The notes under the pieces are model-generated. The model was not told where the DNA came from and made no database searches. It was given only the letters and a program-made list of their open reading frames with translations. Source: Podarcis liolepis (taxonomy: Eukaryota). From it: a DNA stretch of 64,000 bases. Below are positions 34,308 to 48,580 of this stretch, piece by piece. The DNA lies in assembly GCA_965112155.1 (NCBI GenBank), contig OZ218101.1. One strand, given 5' to 3'. The position numbers and the translations under genes were made by a program. Position 1 is the first letter of the stretch. The number at the start of each line of letters is the position of its first letter.

Positions 34308-36015
34308 GGCATCATCCTTTACATTAATGGAGATGACTAACATAGGTGTGATTCCCCCCCCCCCCGTTACATTAATCATACTCCAATTAGACCCATTGAC
34401 ATTAACAGACATGGTTACCTTAGGTCCATTAATCTCAATGGGACTGCTTTGAGTGGAAATGAGTTGGAGACAACCCACTGAGTCTCAGCATGATTTAGTG
34501 CCTGTATAAGCCAGCAGTCTTTCATAGCCCCAAATCTCCAAGAGCTATAGGAAGCAGTGGAACTGCCTCTCTGGTGTCTTCCAGATGCCTTGTGGATTGG
34601 TCATTTATCCTGACTTGTTTGTACAGTACAGAGATTAGATTATGTTGGCTATTTAATGAGCAGTCGTTCTGATCTGTTTGTGGGGAGGTTAAATGCATTC
34701 GCACCACAGCAAGTTTCATCCCACACTTTCCAGGGAACTTCCCTTTATGGGAGGGAAAGAAGTCGGATTTTGTGAGGGAAGCAGGTTTCTTTTGCCAGCA
34801 CGTCCAATCAGCTTCAATTGTGCAGCCTGAATTCGCTAGGATGGGACTGAACCCTCTCAAAAATAGTGACAAGTCTGAAAGTGTTCCCTGAAGGTAGGGA
34901 ATCTCCAACCTCAGCGTTGGAGAACAAATGTTGGATTCCCCAGTGCTGCTGCTGCGGGGGCAACTTCACTACCCAATAGCCTGCCAGTGGAGGAACACCA
35001 GTGTCAGCAGGGCACAAAATGGGGCGGACTGGGTCGCAGTGGGGGTGAAGCAGGGGAAAGTTTGGATCCAAACCAGGGGGTAGTGGGGGGTGCCACCTTA
35101 GAAGCTGGTGTGGTTCAGTCCCATTGGTGACAGTAGGAGGCAAGCTGTAATTTTTTCCCCCCATGGAAAAGGATGGAACAAGTGGTCTCGCTTCTACCCT
35201 GCTAAAGTGAGCCTGTCAGGGTACTGGCTGATAGCTTTGGCTACTACTGCCATATTAGGTTTGCAGCCTCCGGGCTCTTAGGTGCTGCAAAACTCATTTT
35301 TGTTACAATAGACCAACATAGAAAGTGTACTTTGTAATGCATTGGGCCAACAGCATCTTTATATTTGTGTACCCTCCAGATATCACCTCTTGCCCCCCTT
35401 TCCTCCTTTGGTTTCTCTTGCCCATTTTTAAGATACGTCCAAAATATGATATTTTGGCTGAATTAAATTCCTTTATTTAATATTTTATTTTAAATGGGGG
35501 AAGAAGGGCACGGGAGAGGAAAGATGTCCACATTTGAAACTGATCCTAATGACATGATTTACAACTCTTCCAGAGGGCCCCATTTGTAGAATAATTTTAG
35601 ATCTTCCTCTGGAAAGGGGAAAAATTATATATATATATATATTTAAAAGATAAGTACTGTGCGCTTTCTTTTTCAGGAAGATCGGTTTCTTTTTTTCATT
35701 CGTACAGAATGACTTTTTCTTTAAACACTGAGACTTTTGTTATGTTAATCAGGCAGGGAACATTTCCAATTCAATTTTACCTGAGCGCTGGTCAGCTATA
35801 GTTTCCTTTGTTTGATGTCCCTTGGGCCCTCCCTTGTCTTTTAAACTGTAATTTAGTTGGAGCTGCTGTCAATTTACTCCGTCCATTACATTTAGAGTGA
35901 TATTTCAGACATTGTATTCTATTCAGGCCTAGAGAAATTCCCTGACCCAAAATGAAATATGCAGCTGAAAAACCTTCAGGGATCTAGAAGTGCAAGCTGT
36001 ACGCAATTCTACATA

Positions 36016-36018
<3 letters not shown>

Positions 36019-36062
<44 letters not shown>
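36019..36062. repeat. (AC)n microsatellite
   Basis: Read directly. Confidence 0.95.
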
Positions 36063-36064
<2 letters not shown>

Positions 36065-36819
36065 CTATTCTGAACTGTAGCTTTTGCAGTCTAGCCAGTC
36101 GTCTCCCACCCCCACCCCCACATTAAAAACAAAATTAACAATAGATATTTACGTTCAACAGAGGAGCCACAGAAAAGCAATTAATTAACAATTTCAATGA
36201 GCTGGACAAGTCCAGGCTGGCCAAGCAGCCAAGCTTCTATTCTGTTCCGTCCTGCTGTTGTAGCAAGGAGATGTTAAAACTCTGCTACTGTGGTAACAGA
36301 ACACAACAACCCCGACCTTAAAAAGGCTTCCTCCCTACAAACACACACACACACTTTTTTTTTATCACAATTGCCAGCTGTCATGGAGTTCAACAAATAG
36401 AGCAATTTTCCTACCCTTAGTCCATACCAGCAAGTTCCCAAATCTTCACTACACCAGGTGGGATATTGTTGCTTTAGCAGGTCTCCTGCTATGGGATGGG
36501 GGAATAAAAACAGATGGCTGCTCTGAAGCTTTTAACTCTTGAGCTGGTGGTGCTTGCAGAAGGAGTCATTGGGGATCCTGCAACCCTTCTGGCAAGATAG
36601 TGGCAGCATAAGGGCCCACTGCTTCTCAGCTTCTTCGCTGCAAGTCTCCACCTACGTAGCATGGGATACTAAAGGGTGTAAACTGGGTGCCAACAGAGTG
36701 CCAAAGAAGGCGTTTCTCCTCCTTTTTTCCGATTGCAGCAAACTAAAAAGGTGAATGTGATTTAAAAAAAAGAAAAGAAAAGAAAAATTCAGAGAGGCCA
36801 AGTATTCTGTTTTCAAGTA

Positions 36820-37050
36820 CAGTGGTACCTCGGGTTAAGAACTTAATTTGTTCTGGAGGTCCGTTCTTAACCTGAAACTGTTCTTAACCCGAGGTACCAC
36901 TTTAGCTAATGGGGCCTCCCGCTGCCGCCACGCGATTTCTGTTCTCATCCTGAAGCAAAGTTCTTAACCCGAGGTACTATTTTTGGGTTAGTGGAGTCTG
37001 TAACCTGAAGCGTCTGTAACCTGAAGCGTCTGTAACCTGAGGTACCACTG
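36820..37050. mobile_element. Tigger/pogo-like MITE (same family as 30613-30846, opposite orientation)
   Basis: TIR CAGTGGTACCTCGGGTTA / TAACCTGAGGTACCACTG with TA TSD. Confidence 0.92.
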
Positions 37051-37389
37051 TATATCATGCCATGGTGGTGTATCTCCACCAAAACAGCAAGTGCCTTCTG
37101 AGAGTAAATAAGAAAATGGTAGCTTGCACACAGTGCAATGGCAAGAGTCTGCGCTCCCTGGCCATGCACCCAGAGCCTACAGGCTTAGAGACTTTACAAC
37201 GGGGCAGGGTTTACAGTCATAATCCTGCTTCTCCCTATATATGTATTATTAACTGTCTGCACATTCAATCCTGAGAGGTGTGTTTATGGGAGTTTCTGAT
37301 AGCATAGGGGCAACACTGGAGCATCAGACCCAAACCAGCAAGAGTTTCAGGTGGGCCAAGTAGCCACCTCCATCCCAGGCTACCAACAA

Positions 37390-37490
37390 ATCGCCATCTG
37401 TCATGGACGCTTTAGTTGAGATTTCTGCAGTGCAGGGGGTTGTACTAGAATGACCCTCAGGGTCCCTTCCTACCCTATAACTCTATGATA
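37390..37490 (+). mobile_element. Short CR1 3' tail remnant
   Basis: CTGCAGTGCAGGGGGTTGTACTAGA..GGTCCCTTCC..CTCTATGAT resembles the CR1 3' end. Confidence 0.7.
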
Positions 37491-38556
37491 GGTTGTATCT
37501 AACACTGCCTTTCTGCTCACAAAACAGCGTGCAACAAAACATTCCTCTTCTTGCTTCTCCCCTGCATCCCTCTGCATCCCTTCAAAATCTACGCCACAAG
37601 GTTGGAGGACTATCTGGAGCATATTTTGGAGATGCATGGGGAGAGGAAGAGGAAGAGGAATTCACACTGCATGAGTGGAACAACTCTTGCAAAGCGTTGG
37701 GCGCAACCCAGAGCAAGCAACACATGTAACCCAACACCCAAAATCAGGGGGATTCCTTGAGTGAATAGTGCAAGCAACCTTTGCCACTCTGAAGTGTTAA
37801 TATCAGTCCCCTCCCAGGAAACAAAAGGAAAATAAAGTTTATCTTTAGGGGGTGTGGGGGCATATGGAAATGTGAAAAATATCGTTGCACATACTTGAAT
37901 TCTGAACCTATCTGCTCAGAATGCATGTCCTGCAAAATTCAAAGCTATTTAAGTCAATAATTTGATCACAGTGGAGGAGCATGAGGCTGGAATTTCGTGA
38001 GACGTTAGCACCTAAAATGATGTTTGGGGCAAAACAATAGCTATCAAATGCTGCTGTGCTCATGTTCAGTTCACAGTTTCTCAGTGGTTCACCAGTTAGA
38101 CCAGTTGCCCAGTATCTGGAACCATGAATGCGTATCTTTAAACAAAACCAAACATGCCTAATGCTGTGTTCAAGCTGGACCACAAGTTGAAGATAAAGGG
38201 GAGTAAGGAAAAGTATATTTTAAACATATGAGCATGGTTTGTATCATTTAAGAGTGCTACAGCACTCTTAAACATACTCCCACTGACACTGAGCTTCAAT
38301 ATTCAGTCTTTTGTGGTGCTGTTGTGACTGCCTTCAGCACAAGCATAAACTCAATAGTTTTATAGGGGCCAGGTACTTCTCCCAGGTCTTGGTACCTTCA
38401 TCTAGATTTGTCTGTTTTACATTCATGCATGTATATTTTGCATGGCCGTATGTGTACTGCTTAGAGACTTTATAAATCACCTTAGATATTTTAGCCTGTA
38501 CAATTCTAATCAGCGCTTCCCTTTGTCATGGTGCAAAACTAATTGTGTTGTGTGTT

Positions 38557-38685
38557 NNNNNNNNNNNNNNNNNNNNNNNNNNNNNNNNNNNNNNNNNNNN
38601 NNNNNNNNNNNNNNNNNNNNNNNNNNNNNNNNNNNNNNNNNNNNNNNNNNNNNNNNNNNNNNNNNNNNNNNNNNNNNNNNNNNNN
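38557..38685. other. Assembly gap (129 N)
   Basis: Run of N. Confidence 1.
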
Positions 38686-39660
38686 TCATGATCTGCTGCT
38701 TCACACTGTGGGATTCTTCTTGACTAGGTTAGAAAATGTAATTAATAAATGATAGGATTATTTATGGTTCACGGTGTTAGATTGGGAAATACAATGATAT
38801 ACAGAATGAGCTAAAATTGCTCTCGCTAGCAGCATCTCCATTTTTAATCCGTGAGTTGGATTGTCATATTACTTGATATGGTGCGGTGAACTCTTGATGG
38901 TATTCATAAGAGACTGTTTTTGTTTCTCTTCCCTCATCTTCTGTGTATCTATATAAGTGGACATGCTCCTCAGAGAGCTGAGTTAATGACCTGGTTAATC
39001 TTTGTCTAGATTCAGCTGGGGCAGCAATTCTGGGGTGGGATTTGCGCGTGTGTATTTAATTTATATTTGACTATATTAATGACGATGAATAAGCTACAGG
39101 TACAGGTGGAAATGAGGAGATTGTTGTGTGAGATAAACACAAAAGTAACCCACTGAAGCAAATACTTGCAGTATCAAAGAAACCTACTAAAAGGAGACCT
39201 TTTCCCTTAATGCCAAAGTTCAGTGATACAATGGCCATCACCTTGCAATTGTTTGAGACTTATTAAAAGAATGAATGAGCTGCTTGGAAATTAGAGATTT
39301 ATATTATTAAAATAACTTGTTATGATAAGGGAGTTCTTAAAGGAGAAAACAAAATCCAAACCCTACAGTGTTTTTGTGCAGCTCTTTCAATAGGAAATAA
39401 TAATAATAATAAACCTACAAGAAACTGCTTTCTTTTGCATGTATCAGAGTGTCATGGGTGTCTTTCTAAAAAGTATAAGAGATTAGTTAATCAATATCTC
39501 ACCAAAGGACTGAGAAAAAGAAGACAGTCATTGAGAGAAGTCACAAGGGGCAACCAATATGATGCCTTCCAGATGCTGTTGAACCACAGCTGTCATTGTT
39601 CCTTCCCATTGGCCTTGCTGGCTGGGGCTGATGGGAATTGTAGTCCAGCAACATATAGAC

Positions 39661-39981
39661 TGCAAGAAGATCAAACCTCTCCATTCTTAAGGAAATCAGC
39701 CCTGAGTGCTTACTGGAAGGACAGATCATGAAGCTGCGGCTCCAATACTTTGGCCACCTCATGAGAAGAGAAGACTCCCTGGAAAAGACCCTGATGTTGG
39801 GAAAGATGGAGGGCACAAGGAGAAGGGGACGACAGAGGATGAGATGGTTGGACAGTGTTCTCGAAGCTACCAGCATGAGTTTGACCAAGCTGCGGGAGGC
39901 AGTGGAAGACAGAAGTGCCTGGCGTGTTTGTTCCATGGGGTCACGAAGAGTCGGACACGACTAAACGACTAAACAACAACA
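39661..39981 (+). mobile_element. BovB (RTE) LINE 3' fragment
   Basis: ORF 39728..39964 (KLRLQYFGHLMRREDSLEKTLMLGKMEGTRRRGRQRMRWLDSV), a (CAA)n tail, and a near-TSD AACATA(T/G)AGAC at 39650-39660 and 39982-39992. It is inserted in a hairpin MITE related to 52192-52327. Confidence 0.95.
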
Positions 39982-42900
39982 AACATAGAGACAGCATCAT
40001 ATTATCTACTCCTGCCTACACAGGTAAAGGTACTAAGCTAGTTTCAAACAGATGGGGAACTTGTGGCCGTCCGGATGTTAATGGGCATAAACATGCATGA
40101 GCATGTTTTCAGAACAGAGCAAAATATATGGGGGGGGGGGGACACCATGGAAATTCTCAGCACTGTGTTTCTTTGGCTGAATACAGTCCCAGTTACTGAT
40201 GCAAATTGCCTCAATATCTCTCACTGCCCTTGTCAAAAATTTGTCCTGATGGACCTTTCTCTTCATCTGTTCCTTGTTCCATTGCAGCCTTCTTAGTTGT
40301 TTCCACAACCATATTTTTTCTGCTTCTCTCCTCTGCCACTTTGCTCTCTGTCTAATTAAAAAGAAAAGAAAAAAAAGAATGCATGTATGCAAAAACATTT
40401 CCCCCTAGAACTGAAAGCACCTTGCCTTAAATATGTGAGATCCTTATTTGGATTTTGGCCAACATTTCCACGTCTTTTGTGTAAATAAGACATCTCTGTG
40501 GCAAGCCTGAAGTCAAATGGCTCTGCGCAATTGCAAATGGAAGCAGTATTAATTATACACCTATATTTCGAACCCGTGGGCTTTCTAGGCCTGTTCACTG
40601 TTGGATGTCAAAACTACTCATGTTTTCAATGGGGATAAATCTAGTTGGTCCCTGCTCCCTCTCTGCCTCCAAAGTTCTCTCAGTTAGAGTCAGCATGAAC
40701 TGTAGGCTAACAGTGTATATAATGAGCATAGATGAGCATAATAAGAAATCATATGATGTGGGAGGTAATTCATATAAGCTACTAAAATTTAACACATGCT
40801 AAGGAAAATTCTGCAATCACACATATTTTTAGTACCAAATGCACTGAACTTTTGTAGCTAATTGGGTAAATTCCATGTGTGTTGATTTGTCTCCATCCCA
40901 GAGACTCTGACACAGCAACAATAGAATAAAACACACACAAATGAACACTTAAGACCCAGTTCAACAGCTGCCTTAAATATCGTTAGCTGCTCTTTGCCAC
41001 AAAACGTGGAAATGGAGTGGACGGTGGGGACAGGTAACCATAATGTATCTGTCTTCCCCACCCACCCACCCAATTGGCTTATGACAGGAATTTAAATTGG
41101 GGGGTTGTGTGAGAGGGTTAACTCCTCAGTCCTCAGCATCCACTGGCTTTTAAACAAAGAAAAAGATATCAAGAGATGTTATTTGAGGATCTCCTGTATC
41201 ACATCCTGTTTAGCCAATGGGGTTGTTTGTTCAACAGCATAATCTCTTTTTAAAAAACATATCTAAAAACCTGATACATTTACATGAGATTTTTAACATT
41301 TCTGATCTTTTTCTTCTCTTTGGGTGAAACACTGTCGATTCCAACTGACTGACGCTGCAAATTTTACATCTGAGATGGTAGTTACAATCATTAAGATTGG
41401 GTTTAATTAATATTTCCTGATTTGAAAAGCTCTTCTTTTGACTGGTTCGCTACACACTCCTGTAGCCTTCCCGCCCCCCATAAGAATAGCTGAAGCTGCA
41501 GGAATAATAGTAATCATAACCTTAATAGTAATCTACCTTTGGGGCTACTTTTTATTGGCTAATGTGCAGTAAAAAAATAATGACCATAATTATGATTTCA
41601 GTCCTGGGTCGTATCATGTTTACAATTCATCCATAATCCTTAGGCCTTCTTCTCCTAAAATATATATTATTCTGCCTATTTTGCATTCACTGGGATAGCA
41701 TAAAAGCACTGTGGCATGTTCAGCCATCTTGGCATTGTCATTTGAGGTTGGGTTTTTTGTTTTTTTGTTTAATTAAAAGTCTGCCTTGGAGTATGTCAAG
41801 TGCTCCTGTATTTTTGCCATTCTTCTTATCTCTATGGCAACGAAAATATTTCAGCATTTACATGGGCATCATATTCTTTGCTAATGTACTATCTGAACTG
41901 TTTGTATGCTGAGAAGGGGAACAGCAGAGATTGGCTTCTACTGCCTGGGATGCAAGAGTTGTCAAGACAACCAAGAGGCCTAAAGATGTCCTTTACCAGT
42001 AGCATTAAATTGAAGCTTTAAATTAATTCTCCCTGATGTGTTTTTGTAGCTTATGTTGTTAATTGAAATAATAGGAATGACCTTCCCTGTACATTCAGAG
42101 CACCTGTCCTATTAAAATTGTATGTGCTATTTACTTAAGTACACTCATCTATCAGACAAATCTAGCGTGAAATAGGGGGAAATGGAAGACACTTATATTG
42201 TACTGCCATGTATTGACTTGTAGTAATAGACAAAGCAGCTTTTCCTATGTCAGGTTGGAAATAAAATGATGAACATTCTATTCTGGAACTTATGCTTTCC
42301 TTTCATCCTTAGAAATTTAAGACTGAACAACTCATCGCAACACATTTTACTCTAAGTTAAGAAGTAGCAGTGTTGATTATATTTTTGCAATGCACTTGAA
42401 GCAAGATTTATTGTATTTCCAAGGTGTGTTTTTTTTAAAGAAATGATTGCTTCATATCTCTCTGGTGCCACAAAAAAAAGAAAAGAAAAAGGGAATGCAA
42501 ATCTCAGAATAGTGGTGAAAATCATATGAGCCCACCCTCAACACATTTCAAAGTGAAGCTTCATTAGGGGTTCTTCGTATTTTATATATTTGTTTCTCAT
42601 TGGAAGGAATGATCTAAAGACCTTTTATTTGGCGTGATCTCTATCATGTCTATGTCCGTCCCACTTTTCTGAGTAAAATGACTGCTAATAAAGAACACAA
42701 TGGGGCTCAGTCTAGCAAAAGTGAAACATTTTAAGTCCCTTCAGTTTTAACAAGAACTGTCTAGGCACAGGCTTAGCTCTTTCTCCCTTGAAATCAACAG
42801 TACCTACTCAAAAGTGCTTCACTTTCCTTACCTATATTTATTTTGTTCTGTCTTTTAAAGGGGGAGGGAAACCCTTATATCCCACCTTTCATCCTGAGAG

Positions 42901-44125
42901 CAGGCCTCTGAGGGTTTACAACAAAAAGAAAATTAACAAACAACGGGGAACTTTTTTTACAAAAGAAAAAAATGGGAGGGGGGAGGGCAGCGGTAACAGA
43001 AAACGAAGTGCAATCCTAAACATGTCTACTCATAAGTAATTCCTACTGAATTCAATGGTAAATGGAATTAGAATTGCAGCCTGGGATTCAACTGCTGATC
43101 TTTAAAGCCTCCACAATGACCCACATAGAGACAAGGCACATTATCCTCCACATGATTTCATTCTATATCTGAAGCACCTTTAGCTGTGCAAATTTTAGTA
43201 TTGCTTATAAAGGCTATGCCTTTGGACTGTGAAAATGTCAGAGTTTTTTGGGGGGTTTTTTAACACACTAACACACACAGGCAAAATTCAACCAAAACAC
43301 TTTGAATGCCTAATAACGTCAATGCATACTGTGCATAAAAACTCCACGGGTCTTTGATGTGCTTATGTTTAGCTACAGTTTCCTCCAATTTCTTGGGGAC
43401 TAGATTGTACAGTTTTACTTTTTCATCTCAAACTTTCCTCCTGTTAAAGGGGGCAGCAGCGGCAGAAAGCACAGCCTCAAGTCAACACTGCCAAAACAGC
43501 CGTACCTGAACTTTGTGAATGCTTCTCTGATTCCTGGCACAAACAGTACTGAACTGCCCTAGAGACATTAGGGTGGAACCACATCAAAGAGGCAACAATC
43601 TACAATATAGCAATGTTCACTTTTGGCAAAACAGAGCAGCAGATCCCTGACTGGTTTGAGGCTAGCATTAAGCACATGCAAAGCATAAGGCTCTTGTGAA
43701 CTACAAGCATGCACCCTGCAAGAAGATGTTTCTTGCACAGGGAAAGGCAAGGAGCAAGGCCCAGTGGATTGCTAGACAATGTGCCAATGACTAATATCTA
43801 AAGCTGTGTCAGAGCATTCCACTCCAGTGGGGTGACCCCCATGACTGTGACAACTGCCGTGGAATCTCCCTGCTGTGTACTGTGGTGGAAGCCTTTGCCT
43901 GTGTAGTTTTCAGCAGATTACAGTCAATCGCTGATGGGGTTTCTTCTGAGTCACAATGCTACTTTAGAGCTCAGAGGTCAAAAGTTGACATGATTTTTCT
44001 CACTGCACCAGCTGCAGGAGGAATGCAGAGTGCAGCAAGTTAAGATGCAATTAGGATCAGCATCATCTACAGGTTTAGATGCTATTTGATCTGGGCATAC
44101 AGCTGAAGGGTTCCTGATTGTGGGA

Positions 44126-44296
44126 ACATAGAAAGGCATCTTATACATAGCCAGACCATTGGTCTTTCTGCCTATATGGTATCTACATTGACTGGAACTG
44201 GCTCTCTGGGATTTCAGACAAAGGTGTGTCCCAGTTCTGCATGGTTTGAACTTGACTCCTTCTGTACTTATACCACTGAGCTACAGTCCTTCCCCA
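44126..44296 (-). mobile_element. Old tRNA-derived SINE with CR1/LF-SINE-like tail, degenerate
   Basis: The minus strand begins GGGGAAGGACTGTAGCTCAGTGGTA and ends AATGGTCTGGCTATGTATAAGATGCCTTTCTATGT. It is related to 53510-53669. Confidence 0.6.
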
Positions 44297-44844
44297 GGTT
44301 GGGGGGATCATATGGAGATGGTCCTCTGTACATCTAATGGTACATATGGGGACTCTTGTGGATGTTGCACTGAATGCATGGAGAATAGACCTGCACAATC
44401 CTACTCTTCCAGCACCTTGTGTTGAGATGATGCTGAAGCAGGGCTGTGTTGTACTTCTGTGTCAAATCAGACATGTAAGGGCTTTATGATGCTGGTTCAA
44501 TCAACTTATGTCATCATTTGATGTATAAACACTTGTTCCTTCCACTGCCAATGCACAGATCCAATTCATGGAAATGACTCCAAATAACCCTGTATGATTT
44601 TATTATGCATTGACTCTGGCTGCCTTGGTATGTATTTATTTCTTTATATTTTCTTTATTGAATTTCTACACACAAACACTCCTTCATCCAGGGATCACAG
44701 GGTGGTTTGCAATATAAAAACACAAAAATACATAACATAGTATCAAGCAAAACAATACCGCCCATCGTTTAGAAGACCACAGATTGTTTTATTAGCCAAA
44801 GTTAAGTGAAATGATTTTAAATCCTTAGTTTCTTGTGGCAGCAA

Positions 44845-45030
44845 GGGCCAGTGTGGCGTGGTGGTCTTGGACTAGGATCTGGGAATTTGAATTCCCACTC
44901 AGCTATGTACCTCACAGGGTGACCTAACCTCCTGCCGAATTGTTGTGAGAATAAAATAGGACAGGGAAAACCATGTACATATCCTTGAGAGAAAAGGTAT
45001 GTATTCTTATTAATCATAAAAAGCTTAAAT
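44845..45030 (+). mobile_element. Old MIR/Squam3-type SINE remnant
   Basis: GGCCAGTGTGGCGTGGTGG..TTGAATTCCCACTCAGCTATG..GGGTGACC..TTGTTGTGAGAATAAAAT. Confidence 0.55.
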
Positions 45031-45133
45031 AAATTTCTTTTCACTAAGCGATTGCATTTAATCACATTTTGTCATGGTTGGTTCATCAGGAGTAGGAAAA
45101 GACTCCTGCATAACTTTGTCATCACTGTCAATA

Positions 45134-45449
45134 CAGTGGTGCCCCGCAAGACGAATGCCTCGCAAGACGGAAAACTCGCTAGACGAAAGAGTTTTCCGTT
45201 TTGGAGGTGCTTCGCAAAACGAATCTCCTATGGGCTTGCTTCGCAAGACGAAAATGTCTTGCGAGTTCCTGCGGGTTTCCCCCCCTCCCCCCCTTTTTCT
45301 AAGCCGCTAAGCCGCTTTTCAGCTGATCCGATAAGCCGCTAATAGCGCTAATCCGCTAATCCGTCAATGGGCTTGCTTCGCAAGACGAAAAAAACGCTAG
45401 ACGAAGAGAATCACAGAACGGATTCTTTTCGTCTTGCGAGGCACCACTG
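45134..45449. mobile_element. Tigger/pogo-like MITE with internal GCAAGACGAA repeats
   Basis: 22-bp TIR with 1 mismatch (CAGTGGTGCCYCGCAAGACGAA), TA TSD, CpG-rich. Confidence 0.92.
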
Positions 45450-45634
45450 TATTTGTCTGACCTCCTACATAAACCTGCTTCACCGTATTTCTTAAAGACA
45501 GAGAATGCAATCTACTCTGAAAGTAGTTTTAATTCTGTTACATCTGGCACGTTGGGTTTTATTTATCTATTCTGTTTAATTTTGACCATTTCTATACCAC
45601 TTGTAAATACAGTCATCTCTAAACACTGAACAGG

Positions 45635-46050
45635 ACACTGGGTTCAATACCTCAAGGACCGCCTCTCCCCGTATAAATCGTCCTGGACTCTGTGTTCATC
45701 CTCTGAGGCCCTTCTTCGTGTGCCTCCTCCATGTGAGGCCCAGAGGATGGCAACACAAGAATGGGTCTTTCCTGCAGTGGCCCCCGTTTGTGGAATGCTT
45801 TCCCCAGGGAGGTTTGTCTGGCGCCTTCATTATATATTTTTAAGCACCAGATGAAAACATTCCTCTTTAACTAGGCCTTTGGCTGATTAGTATTCTACAG
45901 CCTTTTAAATGTGGGGGGTTTTTTGGGGGGGTATTGTTTCGTTGTTTTTGTTTTAACTATTTATTTGTATCTTTTATCTTGTATTTTTATCTTATGAACT
46001 GCCCCGAGATCTTTTGATGAAGGGCGGTATATAAGTCTAATAAAAAATAA
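45635..46050 (+). mobile_element. L2 LINE 3' fragment
   Basis: QYLKDRLSPY..TLCSSSEALLRVP coding remnant, T-rich UTR, and a GAAGGGCGGTATATAAGT..AATAA end. Confidence 0.82.
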
Positions 46051-47115
46051 TGGAAGTGAGTTATAACTATAAAATCAGGATTCAGGGTTTTGTTTTTGTT
46101 TTTGTTTTAAATTCAGTTTAAAAGTATTCAGTAAGCACTGGAAGTTTAACATGGAGGGGAAGGCTGTCTGGCCTCAACTGGAAAGGAGTTGTATAAAAGT
46201 AGGCTCCCAATACAGAATATACTGAATTTTTGAGAACAATAAAGGCATAGGAATGAATACATAAGTGGTGTCTCTGCAGCTGTGGAATGTGTGGGTTTCT
46301 GAGGTGAAGCCAGCTCCCATTCTAGGCATTTCAGCCTACCTGTGGCTATGCAAGTGAGAAGAGGGCTAAAACTGATGGATGCTTCATCTTGTGTAAATGG
46401 AATAAAAGCTATCAGCATGTCAGCACACCGACAGTCTCATGACACTTATAAGATGAATACATGGGCCATAGTCAATAACCCACTTCATCAACTGCTGGAT
46501 TGGACCCCGCTCCACATAGAGTTATGCTGTAATAAACTGGTTAGTCTCTAGGATGCAGAAGACACACAAGCTGTTTTTGATACAACAGACGAATACAGCT
46601 ACCCTTCTGGGTGAACTCAGCAATGCAAAATATGAGTCATTATGGTTGTTGCTAGTCACCAACGCTGTGCCACCAGCTCTGAATGCTGAGTGTGGCTTGA
46701 GTTGGTTTTGATCCACAGTAGACCTGCTCCTGCAAGGGAGAACAAGGCTTTAGGAAAGGAGAGGGTTCTAGCCCAACAAAGTGTCTCTCTCATATTCTCA
46801 CTTTCCTCCCCTGGCAAAGAGCAGCTGCTTCATTTAGCACTGCACCACGGTTACTTTTGGAATGGCTTGCGCTTCTTGTTTCTGGTACCAAAGTACAAAG
46901 TTCACACAAAGAAGAAATTAGATTTGGCTTCTCCTCCTCCTCCTTCTCCTCCTCCTCCCAGTTGTTGTATACTTTTCTTCCACAGCAACACCTTTGCAGT
47001 GCTCAGTCTAAAATAACAGCTTACCGTAGGTGGACTGCATCCTAGACTAAGGTGAATTTTAGCTGCAGATTCACGTCTTGTCTATAGTTCACAGAGAGCC
47101 CCTAGTTGTGGAAGA

Positions 47116-47155
47116 GGACATCCCTATTTTCACTGGAGAAATGTTGGAGGGTATA
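47116..47155. mobile_element. Solo right end of the composite element family (10506/52728)
   Basis: GGACATCCCTATTTTCACTGGAGAAATGTTGGAGGGTATA. Confidence 0.75.
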
Positions 47156-48186
47156 GAACTGTATGCTGACATACCGTCCTGAATTTCATTGCTTTACCCC
47201 TGTGGTTTTCTGGGTCAATGGGGTTACAGATTATTATTTTTTCTTTCTGGAAACAGTTAACACAGAAATGAGCACTGAACTTCCACTATCTTCTGTTAGA
47301 TTTCCATAAATAGTTTTTTACATTGTCTGAAAACTCGGATACAGTGTGGAAATTAACAGCCAGGGAAATGTTGGGGGAACAGAACAAATTGCTGTGTCAA
47401 TGCAGCCTAAGTTATTCTGGGTCCATAAGCTTTGCAATAAGTGAAGTTGTCTAAAATGTTGCCTGCAGAGCACTGAAGAGCTGTAGATTTATTTTAATAT
47501 TTTTTTTGTTAAAGCACAGCCACAGGAAATCTTTTTTTAAAGAAAAGGTTAAAAGCTTCCATTAATATTTTTTAAAAAAAATCCTACATGTGTTACAAAC
47601 AAACCAAAGCTCTTCTGACCTCCGCAGACAATGTTCTAGACAGTCTCACTTTTTAAGGTTTATGAGGACTATCAGATGATATAAACAGGCAATGGGAAAG
47701 CCAGTGTGAAGCTGCAGATTTTTTTTAAAAAAAGTACAAGCAAGAATGCACACCACTTGAATACCACTGAATTATTTTAATTTAAGAAAAAGCAAGAGAC
47801 AAATGCCCACTCCTCACTAAGATATTATTGGAGAAACAGAATTCCTTTTACTTTAACCACAAAAAGCCCAAGGCCTATTTGTTTGCATTTTTGCAGAATG
47901 CATTTTAACTCTGGAGGAGCTCCTGTGACTGTAAATTCCATCCATTTTGGCAAAAGGGGAGGAATTATAGCCATTTTTAGAATTCCCATTAGGTGACCAC
48001 AGAGCTTCGTTTTATACCGAGCGGCTCATTTTTGGAATTGTAGATCAAAGCGAAGAATGCACAAATCAACTCGGAAACAGACCAGAATTCTTAAAAATGC
48101 ATAGAAGCAGATAAAAGATGAATTTTGGGACCCATGCAAACCTCTAGCCTTTATTCCCATAGTTCTCTTTATACTAATTTGGTTCA

Positions 48187-48580
48187 CAGAATCATAGAAT
48201 TGTAGACTTGGAAGAGGCCACAAGGGCCATATAGTTGAAGAAGAAGAAGAAGAGTTTGGATTTGATATCCCGCTTTATTACTACCCGAAGGAGTCTCAAA
48301 GCGGCTAACATTCTCCTTTCCCTTCCTCGCCCACAACAAACACTCTGTGAGGTGAATGGGGCTGAGAGACTTCAGAGAAGTGTGACTAGCCCAAGGTCAC
48401 CTAGCAGCTGCATGTGGAGGAGCGGAGACACAAACCCGGTTCCCCAGATTACGAGACTACCGCTCTTAACCACTACACCACTCTGGCTCTCCCTGCAGTG
48501 CATGTATCTTTTGCCCAATGTGGAGCTTGAACGCACGACTCTGAAATTAATGGGTCTCATGCCCTACCAGTTGAGCTATC
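48187..48580 (-). mobile_element. tRNA-Lys-like headed SINE with CR1 tail, split by a Squam3-like SINE
   Basis: The minus-strand head GATAGCTCAACTGGTAGGGCATGAGACCCATTAATTTCAGAGTCGTGCGTTCAAGCTCCACATTGGGCA resembles tRNA-Lys(CTT). The CR1 tail (reverse complement AGAATCATAGAATTGTAGACTTGGAAG) lies at 48187-48235. Confidence 0.8.
48237..48491 (-). mobile_element. Squam3-like SINE, young copy
   Basis: Reverse complement of the 3267-3521 family, with a (GAA)n tail on the + strand. Confidence 0.9.

Noticed and set aside
45134-45449. Regularly recurring GCAAGACGAA motifs as a CRISPR-like array
   Set aside because: Eukaryotic context, irregular spacing, and enclosure by TIRs and a TA TSD. These are MITE subterminal repeats.
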